The position numbers and the translations under genes were made by a program. A stretch of 61,070 bases of DNA, filler included. It is 8 parts of 8 records of this genome, joined end to end, with 100 filler letters (N's around TTAATTAATTAA, not from the genome) between each part and the next. Parts side by side here need not be neighbours in the genome. Positions count along the whole stretch, not along the records: positions 15,827 to 24,236 come from SRR31156797_32197; positions 24,337 to 31,782 come from SRR31156797_32246; 6 more parts are not named here. One strand, 5' to 3'. This document shows positions 19,988 to 30,455 of the stretch, piece after piece. Under the pieces are notes generated by a model. It saw only the letters and a program-made list of their open reading frames with translations. It ran no database searches and was not told the origin of the DNA. Position 1 is the first letter of the stretch. Each line of letters opens with the position of its first letter.

Positions 19988-19991
19988 TCTT

Positions 19992-21098
19992 ATGAAAATT
20001 ATCAACATTAAAAGAATAGTTACAGCATCAATACTGATGATGGTGCTCATGGCACTTCCTGTGCATGCTGATGAAATGACAACAGTAGACCTGGAACTTC
20101 CAGAGTACTTCAATTTTGATGACAACTACTACACTGTATTCGGAGGTCCTGATGTAACTGCGACACTGATGGGTGACAATGAGTTCTCACGTGGTGATGA
20201 AGTAAGCCTCAATGTCAACCTGATGAACAAAGGTGTTGTAACCGGTTTTGAGTCAGATGATGAAGCTGATGAGAATTCAGATCTTGAGCAGAAGATACAG
20301 CAAACCGAGATGGGTTATGAAGCTCAGAGGACAACTGCAATTGGAATTGTTGCAATGCTTGTATCAGAAGATCCAAATATCAGAGTGAAATCCGGTCCCC
20401 AGGAAGCAGGTACTCTTGCATCCGGCGAACAGACTGAAAATCCTGTAGCTTTCAATATCGAAGTATCAGAGAATGCCCCAGCCGGAGAATATCCGCTTAG
20501 CCTGCAGATGTATTACGGATACCAGGAGAATGTCCAGATAGATGGTGACAATGAAACTGATCTTGGTATCACAAACATGGAAGTAGGATTGTGGTATGCA
20601 GTTGGTCAACAGGCACAGGATCTAACGATCATTGTGGAAGATGAAGCTGATTTTGAAGTAGTCAATGTGACCGGTGATCTTGTAGCTGGTAATGAGGCTC
20701 TTCTGCGTGTTGTTTACCAGAATACAGGTGAAGAAGCTGTGAAGGATGCAACAGTCAGGATAAGTGCTGATGATCCGTTCAGCACAACCGATGATCAGTC
20801 ATTCCTTGGTTCCATTGCACCAGGTGAAACTGCTGAAGCGATATTCAAACTAAAGGTGGATGAAACAGCAGTAGCAAAAGCCTATGCCATCAACAGTGAG
20901 ATCAAGTACGAGGATACTGAAGGACACAGCCAGATATCAGACACTGTTAAGATACAGACCGAAACTCTTCCAGCTTCGGGATCAGGAATGGGGCAGTATA
21001 TCGGGATCCTGATAGTTGTAGTGATACTTGCAGCTGCGTTTATAGGTGTCAGAAAATACATGGCTAACAAAGAAGGAAATAACGAAACAGAGGAGTAA
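19992..21098 (+). CDS. COG1361 S-layer-like protein, paralog 2
   Basis: Shares DNYY..G.PD, F.RG, YE.QRTTA.GI and NSEIKY motifs with paralog 1; RBS GGAGTGA before ATG 19992. Confidence 0.8.
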   Translation: MKIINIKRIVTASILMMVLMALPVHADEMTTVDLELPEYFNFDDNYYTVFGGPDVTATLMGDNEFSRGDEVSLNVNLMNKGVVTGFESDDEADENSDLEQKIQQTEMGYEAQRTTAIGIVAMLVSEDPNIRVKSGPQEAGTLASGEQTENPVAFNIEVSENAPAGEYPLSLQMYYGYQENVQIDGDNETDLGITNMEVGLWYAVGQQAQDLTIIVEDEADFEVVNVTGDLVAGNEALLRVVYQNTGEEAVKDATVRISADDPFSTTDDQSFLGSIAPGETAEAIFKLKVDETAVAKAYAINSEIKYEDTEGHSQISDTVKIQTETLPASGSGMGQYIGILIVVVILAAAFIGVRKYMANKEGNNETEE

Positions 21099-21155
21099 TT
21101 CTCTTCTATTTTCTTTCTTATTTTTTAGTGGGAGGCAGATATTATTTCCATTCTT

Positions 21156-21953
21156 TTGACATCTCTTCAGAAACTTGGCTTTACGTCATATGAATCAAAG
21201 GTTTACGTGGCTCTTGTGAAGAATGAGAGTGCTACAGTATCAGAACTGCATCTGGACTCTGGGGTGCCTAATTCTGCCATATACGGTGCACTTAAAAAAC
21301 TGGAAAAAAGAGGGATCATCGAATTCCAGAATGCAAAACCAATGCGCTACAGATCACTTCCTCCCGAGGAAGCGATTGAGAAATTGAAACATGACTATGA
21401 GGAAGAATGCGTTGCAGTTCTTTCAGGGTTAGAAGAAATGTATGGTGTTTCCTCCGGCAACAGGAATGAAGGGCCGGTCTGGACTATCAAAGGTGTCAGA
21501 AATGTCTCCGATAAGGCCATACAAATGATAAGGGGTGCTAAAAAGGACATACTGATAATGAGTTCGTCAGTACCTTTCAGTACACTTGCAGAAAAGTATC
21601 CAGTCCTCAAAAAGGACTATACTACGATTATAGGTATATTCAACAAGAAGATTACCGATGAAAATATCAGTGTCAGGCTCATCAGTGCATGTGAGGATGA
21701 GGCCAGAAGGCTATCTGACCTGGTACCGTTCGCATCTGTCAAAGTGAATTCTGCGAAGGATGCATGTATGGATCTCAGAAGCTTCGTAATAGTTGTGGAT
21801 GACAACGAGATGATCATCGAGATATTGAAAGAGGATGATGGTGAAGCAGATTTTACGGCTGTATGGACCAATGGAGAGGAATTCTCTCACACGATGTCCG
21901 ATCTCCTTAATGCTAAGTGGGAGACCTCAGAAAACTATACCCAGTCTAATTAA
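21156..21953 (+). CDS. TrmB-family transcriptional regulator
   Basis: LQKLGFTSYESKVYVAL...SGVPNSAIYGALKKLEKRG...KPMRY winged HTH plus effector domain. Confidence 0.9.
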   Translation: MTSLQKLGFTSYESKVYVALVKNESATVSELHLDSGVPNSAIYGALKKLEKRGIIEFQNAKPMRYRSLPPEEAIEKLKHDYEEECVAVLSGLEEMYGVSSGNRNEGPVWTIKGVRNVSDKAIQMIRGAKKDILIMSSSVPFSTLAEKYPVLKKDYTTIIGIFNKKITDENISVRLISACEDEARRLSDLVPFASVKVNSAKDACMDLRSFVIVVDDNEMIIEILKEDDGEADFTAVWTNGEEFSHTMSDLLNAKWETSENYTQSN

Positions 21954-21971
21954 TTTGTCCTGGTGAGCTTC

Positions 21972-23105
21972 ATGGTAAACAATCACATATTTCTGTTAAC
22001 TCTTATTCTGGCTGTACTGATACTTCCTGCTTCTGCAGCAACGGATGCATTGTCTGGTAGCGAAAATAACGATGATTCTTCCTTTGGAGAAAACTGGTCA
22101 CTTAGCGGTGCCGAAAACATTTCTGGTTTTAATGTAACATTTTCCCCGGATGAGAGGATCATTACTTCGAGACTGGACCGTGAACCGAAGTTCACAGTTA
22201 ACGTAAGTGAGAAATCAGATATATTCTGGTACCTTGATGATGAACTCATCAATACATACAATGATCTGAATAATTCAAGCTATACTCCTGACCTTTCAGA
22301 GACAGGAAACTACAGTATCAAAGTTAACGTCTCCAATGTTAACGGATCTGCATGGAACCAGTGGTATTGGGTAGCTACAGCAACTCCTTCACAGGTAATG
22401 TCAGGTGGAAGTAGTGGAGGAAGTGGTGGTTCCTCCGTTTCTGTGACATCTGGAGAGGACTATGAGAACATAGTGCTAAAAGATGTCCAGATGAAAGTTG
22501 TAAACAAAGGTAAAACTACATCCTACACATTCTCTGACGCTTCAAATCCTGTTGATTCTATAGAATTTGTTTCCTCAGTTAATGCAGGTTATGTTAAGAC
22601 CACAGTCGAACTTCTGAAGAACAGATCATCTTCTGTGTCGAAGAACCCGGATGACACTGTCTATTCTTATTCTAACATAGTTCTCAGCAACCTTGCTCTG
22701 GAGAACAAATTGAGTGATACACGTATTGTTTTCCATGTTGATAAGGACTGGATCAATGAGAACGACATAGAAGTAGATTCCATAAGACTGAACGTTTTTG
22801 GTCAGTCCAATTGGAAAACATTCCCTGTCATGATCATAAATGAGAATGATCACAATATCACCTTCGTTTCAACGACCACTGTGTTTGGCAGTTTTGCCAT
22901 AACAGGTAAGGGCAGTGAACCTCAGGACGAAGATGTGATCGTCATTGATATGGGAGGGAATGTCGTAGCTACCTCATCATCTGATGAAGGAACTGGCTCG
23001 GCAGGAAGCACCGGGATATCACAGGACAAAGAAGAAGATGTGTTGACGTCCGTCCTGCGCTCCATGACAGAGTTATTTATAAAAAGAAATCCAGTAAGTA
23101 CTTAA
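21972..23105 (+). CDS. Secreted PGF-pre-PGF domain protein
   Basis: Signal peptide, Ser/Gly linker, TSGEDYENI, VELLK..S, FHVDKDWI and FGSFAITG motifs. Confidence 0.8.
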   Translation: MVNNHIFLLTLILAVLILPASAATDALSGSENNDDSSFGENWSLSGAENISGFNVTFSPDERIITSRLDREPKFTVNVSEKSDIFWYLDDELINTYNDLNNSSYTPDLSETGNYSIKVNVSNVNGSAWNQWYWVATATPSQVMSGGSSGGSGGSSVSVTSGEDYENIVLKDVQMKVVNKGKTTSYTFSDASNPVDSIEFVSSVNAGYVKTTVELLKNRSSSVSKNPDDTVYSYSNIVLSNLALENKLSDTRIVFHVDKDWINENDIEVDSIRLNVFGQSNWKTFPVMIINENDHNITFVSTTTVFGSFAITGKGSEPQDEDVIVIDMGGNVVATSSSDEGTGSAGSTGISQDKEEDVLTSVLRSMTELFIKRNPVST

Positions 23106-23128
23106 GAATATTCTTGCAGGTCTGAAGT

Positions 23129-24235
23129 ATGGCATTAACTACCAATTCTAAAATATGGAGCATAATGCTCATTGTCTTTGCATTTTTGAGCGTGTTCTTT
23201 GTGGTCCTATTCCATTTTGAAGATATATTCATAGTGCTTATTATAGGGAGCATACTTGTACTTGTGACAGACCGGATGCTTGTGGAATTCAACAAACGCT
23301 TTGGACACAGGTCACTATGGATCCGGAGGATCTATGCTATAACACTTCTAGTTCTGGGTGTCCTTCTGGTGTCTTTGCTCATGGTGGGTCAACTGTCAGA
23401 TGTGAATTCCCTTGTAAACTCGCAGGAAGAATATGAGTCAGGTATAACAACACTCTTTTCTACATATGGTGGTTTTTTCACATTTACAAGCCCCACCGGG
23501 AATGGCGAGATGCCCGAAGGTATGGACGGTACTCCTGCCGGAGCACCTAACGGAACTGCTACTCCGATAATCTCTGGAGAGGACATGAGGTCCATAGGTG
23601 ACTATATCTTCAGTTTTTTCTCCTCATTGATATCAAAGCTTTCCTTTTTCCTCTTCACAGGTTTGCTTATCATACCGATGATGTTCCGTCTGTATTTTTC
23701 AAAGAAGGATTTTATGGTCAAAGAGTTGATTGGATTCTTCCCTGTGAAATATCAGGATTGTGTCAGCTCGTCAATATCAGATATAGGAAAAAGGCTTGGT
23801 GATTACTTCTCAGCCAAGATCCTTGAAAGTGTGATCGTGGGGCTGATATGCTGTATCGGTTTCTACCTTGCAGGAATAAATGGATGGTTCTTCCTTGGTT
23901 TTATCGCAGGTCTCCTTAATATTGTACCATATATCGGTCCGGTTGTCGGTGCCATTCCTGCTGTGATAGTTGGTTTTATTGTAAGTCCTACCACCGCCCT
24001 TCTGGCGGTGATAACGGTTGTGGTCGCTCAACTAGTTGATAATCTCTACCTGATACCTTACATGATCTCAGGCAAGGTTGCCGTGAACCCATTGCTCAGT
24101 GTTCTGCTCACTCTTATCTTTGCGGACATGTTGGGTGCCCTGGGTATGATACTTGCAATCCCGGTATATATTGTTTATAAAGTAGTATTGACAGAGTTCT
24201 ACAATGAATTATTGAAGATATATCCTGATGATTAA
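23129..24235 (+). CDS. AI-2E (PerM) family transporter
   Basis: GLLNIVPYIGP, QLVDNLY.P and GMILAIP motifs; multiple TMs. Confidence 0.9.
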   Translation: MALTTNSKIWSIMLIVFAFLSVFFVVLFHFEDIFIVLIIGSILVLVTDRMLVEFNKRFGHRSLWIRRIYAITLLVLGVLLVSLLMVGQLSDVNSLVNSQEEYESGITTLFSTYGGFFTFTSPTGNGEMPEGMDGTPAGAPNGTATPIISGEDMRSIGDYIFSFFSSLISKLSFFLFTGLLIIPMMFRLYFSKKDFMVKELIGFFPVKYQDCVSSSISDIGKRLGDYFSAKILESVIVGLICCIGFYLAGINGWFFLGFIAGLLNIVPYIGPVVGAIPAVIVGFIVSPTTALLAVITVVVAQLVDNLYLIPYMISGKVAVNPLLSVLLTLIFADMLGALGMILAIPVYIVYKVVLTEFYNELLKIYPDD

Positions 24236-24236
24236 A

Positions 24237-24336
24237 NNNNNNNNNNNNNNNNNNNNNNNNNNNNNNNNNNNNNNNNNNNNTTAATTAATTAANNNNNNNN
24301 NNNNNNNNNNNNNNNNNNNNNNNNNNNNNNNNNNNN
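24237..24336. other. Artificial contig spacer
   Basis: N-run with TTAATTAATTAA. Confidence 0.99.
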
Positions 24337-24337
24337 C

Positions 24338-25486
24338 ATGTTGGGAATTATTATTGGTGTAGGCTCTGTAATAGGCATGTTATCAATTGGTGAGGGATCG
24401 AAGAAAAGCATTCAGGAAGAAATTTCGAGTATGGGTGCTAATCTGGTTTTTGTAATGCCGGGTTCAATGCACCGAGGCGGTGTTATGATGGGCAATTCTA
24501 ACTCAAAAACCCTGACTTTAAGCGATGTCAAAAAACTGGAACAGGAAGCAGAGCATCTTTCCGCCATTTCGCCACAAGTTAGTTCCAGCGGACAGGCCGT
24601 TAATGGAAACAAAAACTGGCCCACCTCTATCTATGGTGTAAACCGCGATTATTTTGGCATTAAAAAATATGAATTAAAAGACGGACGTCTCTTTACTGAT
24701 AAAGAAATCAAACGTCTGGCCAAAGTTTGTGTGATTGGTCAAACCGTCATCGAAAACCTTTTTGCGGATGATATTGATCCCATTGGACAAACTATTCGTT
24801 TTAATGGTATTCCATTAAAAATTATCGGCACCTTAAAAGAGAAAGGTGAAAACGGTATGGGTATGGATCAGGATGATATGTTGGTGGTTCCTTATACAAC
24901 TGTTCAGCGAAGAATGTTGGCCATTACGCATATACAATCTATCAATGCTTCGGCTATTGATGAAGAAAGTTCAGATAAAGCGATTGAAGAAATAGAAACC
25001 ATTTTACGCCGGGAGCACAAAATTGCAGATGGTGATGATAACGATTTTGAAGTACGTTCCCAGGCGGAAATGGTCGAGACTTTTTCTTCAGTAAGTGATA
25101 TGCTTACCATGTTATTAGGTGCCATTGCTGCTATTTCCTTATTGGTTGGTGGCATTGGTATTATGAATATCATGTTTGTGTCCGTAACAGAGCGTACCAA
25201 AGAAATCGGCCTAAGGTTATCCGTTGGAGGAAGAGGCATTGACATTTTAATGCAATTTTTAATTGAAGCTATATTATTAAGCATTATCGGAGGATTTATT
25301 GGCGTTTTATTTGGCTTGCTGGTTTCATATATTGCCACATCTTTACTCAATTTTCCGTTAGTTATCATGACAAAAGCTATTTTTGTATCGTTTATAGTTT
25401 GTTCGGCTATAGGTATGTTTTTTGGATGGTATCCAGCTCGAAAAGCGGCCAACCTAAACCCGATAGATGCTTTAAGACACGAATAA
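24338..25486 (+). CDS. MacB/FtsX-type ABC permease (5' truncated)
   Basis: LGIIIGV, GGIGIMNIMFVSVTERTKEIG and YPARKAANLNPIDALR. Confidence 0.93.
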   Translation: MLGIIIGVGSVIGMLSIGEGSKKSIQEEISSMGANLVFVMPGSMHRGGVMMGNSNSKTLTLSDVKKLEQEAEHLSAISPQVSSSGQAVNGNKNWPTSIYGVNRDYFGIKKYELKDGRLFTDKEIKRLAKVCVIGQTVIENLFADDIDPIGQTIRFNGIPLKIIGTLKEKGENGMGMDQDDMLVVPYTTVQRRMLAITHIQSINASAIDEESSDKAIEEIETILRREHKIADGDDNDFEVRSQAEMVETFSSVSDMLTMLLGAIAAISLLVGGIGIMNIMFVSVTERTKEIGLRLSVGGRGIDILMQFLIEAILLSIIGGFIGVLFGLLVSYIATSLLNFPLVIMTKAIFVSFIVCSAIGMFFGWYPARKAANLNPIDALRHE

Positions 25487-25515
25487 ATAATTGACCTAGT
25501 TTTTCATTACCTTTA

Positions 25516-26763
25516 ATGACTTATAGAAGAAACATCCTAATGCAATATCCAATATCAAAAAATAAGAGTATACAAATTCTGCTTCACATAGTGGCATGGT
25601 TAATCTTTATTATTATTCCGCACTTTGTAATTAATTTTTATTGGGGAGATGAGGATTTTATTCCTTGGCATTTTTATATTAATGCAGCCCTTTTTGGACT
25701 TGTTTTCTATATCAATTACATATGGCTTGTTCCTCGTTTCTTTTTTAAAAGAAATAGGATTCTTTATGCCAGTTTAGCTATCCTGGTAATAATAGTAGCC
25801 AATATTCTAAATATTTATTTAGATAATTCTATAGACCACAAAGGTAAACCTCCAACGGAAGAATTTGACTACCGGGATAAACCGGATTTTGACCCTTTTT
25901 CAAAACCTTCAGATAAAGGAAGGGACAGTGAGCCTCCTCGAGATATGAAACCTCCTGGCAAAAGCCTATCGCCATCATCCAAAGGTTCACAACCTCCTTC
26001 CGAAGGGATGGAACCTCCGGGAGAATTTAAGTTTAAGGCTCCTTTTAAACAATTAAAACAATATTCGTTTATATTAATTTCATTGATTGTAACCGGTTTT
26101 TGCATTGGACTGAGAGTAATTGAGAAACACGAGGCTAGCGAGAAAAGACAAAGAGAACTGGAAAAAGAGAAGTTGAATTCGGAACTGGCATTCCTGAAGA
26201 ATCAGGTCAGTCCGCATTTCTTTTTTAATACATTAAACAATATCTACTCATTAGTTGAGCTTAACAAAGAAGATGCTCAGGCAGCTATCCTTAAGCTATC
26301 TAAACTAATGCGTTATTTGCTATACGAATCCGAAAGTGGTGAAGTCCGTCTGACGCAGGAAATTGATTTTATGAAGCATTATATGGATTTAATGCAATTA
26401 AGAATTTCTCAAAAAGTTGAGGTTGACATCAAATTACCCGAACAAAATACCGAGTTAATGATTCCGCCACTTTTGTTTATTCCTTTTATCGAAAACTCGT
26501 TTAAACACGGAATTAGTTATCAGGAGAAATCATTTATACGTTTATCCATTCAAACAGAAAATAACAAGGTGAAGTTTATATGCGTAAACAGTATCAACAA
26601 ATCACCTGGAAACAACAAGGATATTGACCATTCAGGAATTGGCCTAAGCAATGTAAAACAACGACTAAAGTTATTATTCCCTGACAGACATCAATTACAA
26701 ATAAGCTCTTCGGATAACATGTTCAGTGTTTCGCTAAGTATTGACTTAAAAAAGGAAAAATGA
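25516..26763 (+). CDS. LytS/YehU-type sensor histidine kinase
   Basis: Four TMs, LKNQVSPHFFFNTLNNI, ENSFKHG and SGIGL; Pro-rich extracytoplasmic loop. Confidence 0.92.
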   Translation: MTYRRNILMQYPISKNKSIQILLHIVAWLIFIIIPHFVINFYWGDEDFIPWHFYINAALFGLVFYINYIWLVPRFFFKRNRILYASLAILVIIVANILNIYLDNSIDHKGKPPTEEFDYRDKPDFDPFSKPSDKGRDSEPPRDMKPPGKSLSPSSKGSQPPSEGMEPPGEFKFKAPFKQLKQYSFILISLIVTGFCIGLRVIEKHEASEKRQRELEKEKLNSELAFLKNQVSPHFFFNTLNNIYSLVELNKEDAQAAILKLSKLMRYLLYESESGEVRLTQEIDFMKHYMDLMQLRISQKVEVDIKLPEQNTELMIPPLLFIPFIENSFKHGISYQEKSFIRLSIQTENNKVKFICVNSINKSPGNNKDIDHSGIGLSNVKQRLKLLFPDRHQLQISSSDNMFSVSLSIDLKKEK

Positions 26764-27479
26764 TTAGAACTATAGCTATAGATGATGAGCCGCTAGCTTT
26801 ACAATTAGTTAGCGGATACATTGAAAAAACCTCAACTTTAGAATTAGTAGGTGCTTATGATAATCCCATGGAGGCCATTGAGTTTTTAAGAGAAAATGAG
26901 GTTGACCTGATTTTTTTAGATATTCAAATGCCCGATTTAAACGGAATGGAATTCGCCCGTATTCTGGAGAACAGGCCTAAAATCATTTTTACAACTGCCT
27001 ACGAGCGATATGCTTTGGAAGGTTTTAAACTGGATGCAGTTGATTATCTTTTAAAACCTTTTAGTTACGAAGAGTTTTACAAGTCGGCCGAGAAAGCACG
27101 CAAACTTATTGGTTATGAACAATCCGAAAACAAAGGAGATGAAATAGAATCCAACAATGAATTTTTATTTCTAAAGTCTGAATATAAAATTCGTCGCATT
27201 AATTTTAATGATATTATTTATATCGAAGGTTTAAAGGACTATATAAAAGTATATCTTGAAAAAGATGAAAAGCCTATTCTATCATTAAGCTCTTTAAAGG
27301 CTTTGGAATCAAAATTACCCGAAAGTAAATTTATGCGAGTGCATCGTTCCTTTATCGTTAATCTCGAAAAAATTGAGACCATAGAAAGAAGCCGTATAGT
27401 ATTCGGAAAAGTCTACATCCCTGTTAGCGATCAATACAAAGAGACTTTTCAGCGCTATTTAAAAAATCATTTCTTGTAA
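26760..27479 (+). CDS. LytTR-family response regulator
   Basis: IDDEP, FLDIQMP and DYLLKP receiver motifs; FMRVHRSFIVN LytTR domain. Confidence 0.95.
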   Translation: MIRTIAIDDEPLALQLVSGYIEKTSTLELVGAYDNPMEAIEFLRENEVDLIFLDIQMPDLNGMEFARILENRPKIIFTTAYERYALEGFKLDAVDYLLKPFSYEEFYKSAEKARKLIGYEQSENKGDEIESNNEFLFLKSEYKIRRINFNDIIYIEGLKDYIKVYLEKDEKPILSLSSLKALESKLPESKFMRVHRSFIVNLEKIETIERSRIVFGKVYIPVSDQYKETFQRYLKNHFL

Positions 27480-27489
27480 AAGATAGGTG

Positions 27490-27522
27490 GGCTATTAGTA
27501 TTTAACTAATGGCCTTTTTTTT
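27490..27522 (+). terminator. Intrinsic terminator
   Basis: GGCTATTAGT/ACTAATGGCC stem followed by T8. Confidence 0.8.
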
Positions 27523-27845
27523 ATCCTCTTTGTTATAACGAATATCTGAATTAAAGATTATTCTTCAGTAGGCAATTCACCGAGTAGCCAATCTACATAT
27601 TATAAATACACACTCTCATCAAAACACACCTAACTCACTGATATTCTAACAAAACACAACTAATTTTCTCTTCTGAGTAAACCATCGCATTTTGTCGATA
27701 AAAAAGGGCACTTCTTCTAGTTTATTATAATCTCGACACTTTCCTGTATACTTTTGAACTATTCATTCCAATAGTCTCAATTAGGAATGATGTACACACA
27801 ATATAGATAGACAGCAGGAAAATTAACGATTAAAAATCTTTTTAG

Positions 27846-29627
27846 ATGAGGAAAATGAGTTTACTAAAGGTTTTGTATTTCATTCTGCCCATTTTTATTA
27901 ACGGGTGCGACAATGATATAGAAATTGCAGGAAGCAGCAATAGTTCCAGCTCGAGCTCTACTTCACCGGATAACGAAGAGAGTGTTGATGAAGCAGACGC
28001 AAATAACACAGGCGACCATGATGAAGACAGTGATTATATATGGAGTGCTGATGATGTTGTAGAAATTACCTTAAATGGAAGTTCCATCACGGAAAACACT
28101 GATGGTGCTTCTGCCAGTGGTAGTGTATTAACGATTACCGATGCAGGAAACTATAGCATAAGCGGCATATTAAGTAATGGTCAGATAATAGTAGATGCCG
28201 AAGATAGTGATCTGGTTCGCTTAATTTTAAATGGCGTTGATATTACATCTTCCAACAGTGCACCTATTTACATTAAAAAAGCGGAGAAAGTAATTCTGGT
28301 TACGAATGAAAACACCGTTAATAATTTAACTGATGGCTCTTCTTACAATTACGATGACGAAGAAGATGAAGAGCCTAATGCGACTGTATTTTCAAAAACG
28401 AATCTTACTATTTTTGGCGAGGGTTCTTTAAATATCAACGGAAACTTTAATGATGCAATTAACTGTAAAGACGGTCTAATACTGGCTTGTCAGACTATTA
28501 GTATTGATGCTGCCGATGATGGAATTCGCGGTAAAGATTATCTAATTATTAAAGAAGGAAACATTGTTGTTAAATCCGAAGATGATGCCATTAAATCAGA
28601 TAATGAAAATGATACTGCCTTAGGCTATATTAAAATATTAGATGGTGAAATAAATATTACATCAGGAGGAGATGGCATTACTGCGCAAACTGATCTGTTA
28701 ATTAATAATGGAACCTTCAATATTACCACTACAGGATATATAAGTTCATCTAATGGTGTATCTAGCAAAGGTTTAAAGTCTGCTGTAAATACAATTATTG
28801 AAGACGGAAGTTTTAATATCATTTCAACAGAAGATGCCATTCACTCCGATGAAACGATTACCATACATGGAGGAACTTATACCATTAGCGCTTCTGATGA
28901 TGGTATTCATACAGACTATGATTTAACAATTAATGATGGAGACTTTAATATTACTAAATCATATGAAGGTATTGAGAGCTCAAGCGGAAACATGTATATC
29001 AATGGAGGAACTATTGAGCTAGTTGCCAGTGACGACGGTATCAACATTGCCGGTGGTGGCGGTTCAATGGGTGGACCTCACGGAGGATGGGGTTCAACTT
29101 CATCCGGTAGCTACACGATGTATTTAAATCCTGACTATATGTCTATTAATGCACAAGGAGATGGCATTGACGCCAATGGTTCTGTTGAAGTTACCGGAGG
29201 AATCATAATTGTAAATGGTCCTACCGGAAGTGGGAATGGCGCTTTAGATTACGATGCTTCTTTTGTTCAGAACGGAGGAACTTTAATTGCCGTTGGAAGT
29301 TCTGGTATGTTGCAAGCACCAGGTTCATCATCCAGCCAAAAGTCCATTGCATTAGTATTTAGAAGCACCCGCTCAGCCGGGTCTATATGTCACATTGAGA
29401 ATACAGATGGCGATGTACTTTTTACATTTAAATCTGCCAAAAATTATCAATCTCTGGTTTATTCTTCTCCTGATTTAGTTTCTGGAACCAGTTATAATGT
29501 TTACTCCGGAGGTACGGCTAGTGGTGACGATTTCAATGGACTGTATTCAAATGAAACCTACTCAGGTGGCACTTTGATTACAACATTCAGCTTAAACGGA
29601 ACAGTAACCGGAATTCAAATCAATTAA
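27846..29627 (+). CDS. Acidic beta-helix lipoprotein (Cthe_2159/DUF4353 family)
   Basis: Lipobox FING-C, Ser linker, ITDAGNY, repeated DDGI/DAI motifs, GDGIDANG and GALDYD. Confidence 0.85.
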   Translation: MRKMSLLKVLYFILPIFINGCDNDIEIAGSSNSSSSSSTSPDNEESVDEADANNTGDHDEDSDYIWSADDVVEITLNGSSITENTDGASASGSVLTITDAGNYSISGILSNGQIIVDAEDSDLVRLILNGVDITSSNSAPIYIKKAEKVILVTNENTVNNLTDGSSYNYDDEEDEEPNATVFSKTNLTIFGEGSLNINGNFNDAINCKDGLILACQTISIDAADDGIRGKDYLIIKEGNIVVKSEDDAIKSDNENDTALGYIKILDGEINITSGGDGITAQTDLLINNGTFNITTTGYISSSNGVSSKGLKSAVNTIIEDGSFNIISTEDAIHSDETITIHGGTYTISASDDGIHTDYDLTINDGDFNITKSYEGIESSSGNMYINGGTIELVASDDGINIAGGGGSMGGPHGGWGSTSSGSYTMYLNPDYMSINAQGDGIDANGSVEVTGGIIIVNGPTGSGNGALDYDASFVQNGGTLIAVGSSGMLQAPGSSSSQKSIALVFRSTRSAGSICHIENTDGDVLFTFKSAKNYQSLVYSSPDLVSGTSYNVYSGGTASGDDFNGLYSNETYSGGTLITTFSLNGTVTGIQIN

Positions 29628-29637
29628 AACGAGAGAT

Positions 29638-30444
29638 ATGCAGGAAGTTTCTTCAATATTAGAAAAATTTATTCCCATATCATTAAATCAAATGAATGCG
29701 GTAAATCTACTGAACAGGTACGATTCAAAATACCAGCTGCCTGTTTCTCAACTTTGCCATGTTTTGAATGCCATTAAGGATGACTATTATGTTTTAATGA
29801 TTAATGATTGTGCTTATCAATCGTATCAGACAAATTATTATGATACCGGTAACGATTCATTTTACCTGAATCATCACAATGGCAAACTAAATCGTTTAAA
29901 GATTAGAAAACGGGAGTATGTAAATTCAGGATCTGTGTTTCTGGAAATAAAACAAAAAAACAACAAAGGAAAAACCAACAAAACAAGAATACAGGTTAAA
30001 AACAGAAGCACAAAATTAAGCATAGAAGAGCTTGATTTCTTAGATCAGCATTGCTGTTTAGATTTCAATTTGTCAACTATGAACCTAATGGTGACCAATA
30101 GCAATAGTTTTAAACGCATCACACTGGTTAATAAGGATTTTAAAGAACGTTGCACCATAGATCTGAAACTGACATTCTCCAACAAGAATAAGCAGATAAA
30201 CATTAGTGACATAGCCATCATTGAGCTAAAACAAGGACATTTAAATATGAAAACTCCTTTGTTTAAAGCACTAAAAGAAAGGAGAATCAAACAAGGTGGT
30301 TTTAGCAAGTATTGCGTTGGAAGAGCTTTTCTAGAACCTCAGCTAAAGCAAAACCTGTTTAAACCTAAGCTCTTGCAATTAAAAAAGCACTTTGATGCTT
30401 ATCAAATGAATGTCGACCAAACTTGCCATTCATACGCTATTTAA
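29638..30444 (+). CDS. VTC / polyphosphate polymerase (TTM-fold) domain protein
   Basis: RYDSKY, YYDT, RLKIRKREY, FLEIK, RITL, RCTID, IIELK and FSKYC motifs. Confidence 0.88.
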   Translation: MQEVSSILEKFIPISLNQMNAVNLLNRYDSKYQLPVSQLCHVLNAIKDDYYVLMINDCAYQSYQTNYYDTGNDSFYLNHHNGKLNRLKIRKREYVNSGSVFLEIKQKNNKGKTNKTRIQVKNRSTKLSIEELDFLDQHCCLDFNLSTMNLMVTNSNSFKRITLVNKDFKERCTIDLKLTFSNKNKQINISDIAIIELKQGHLNMKTPLFKALKERRIKQGGFSKYCVGRAFLEPQLKQNLFKPKLLQLKKHFDAYQMNVDQTCHSYAI

Positions 30445-30455
30445 AACTAGAATTC

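Noticed and set aside
19944-19990. Cluster of six GATC sites at the COG1361 gene junction
   Set aside because: Explained by a short local duplication in a low-complexity protein tail; no other origin features.
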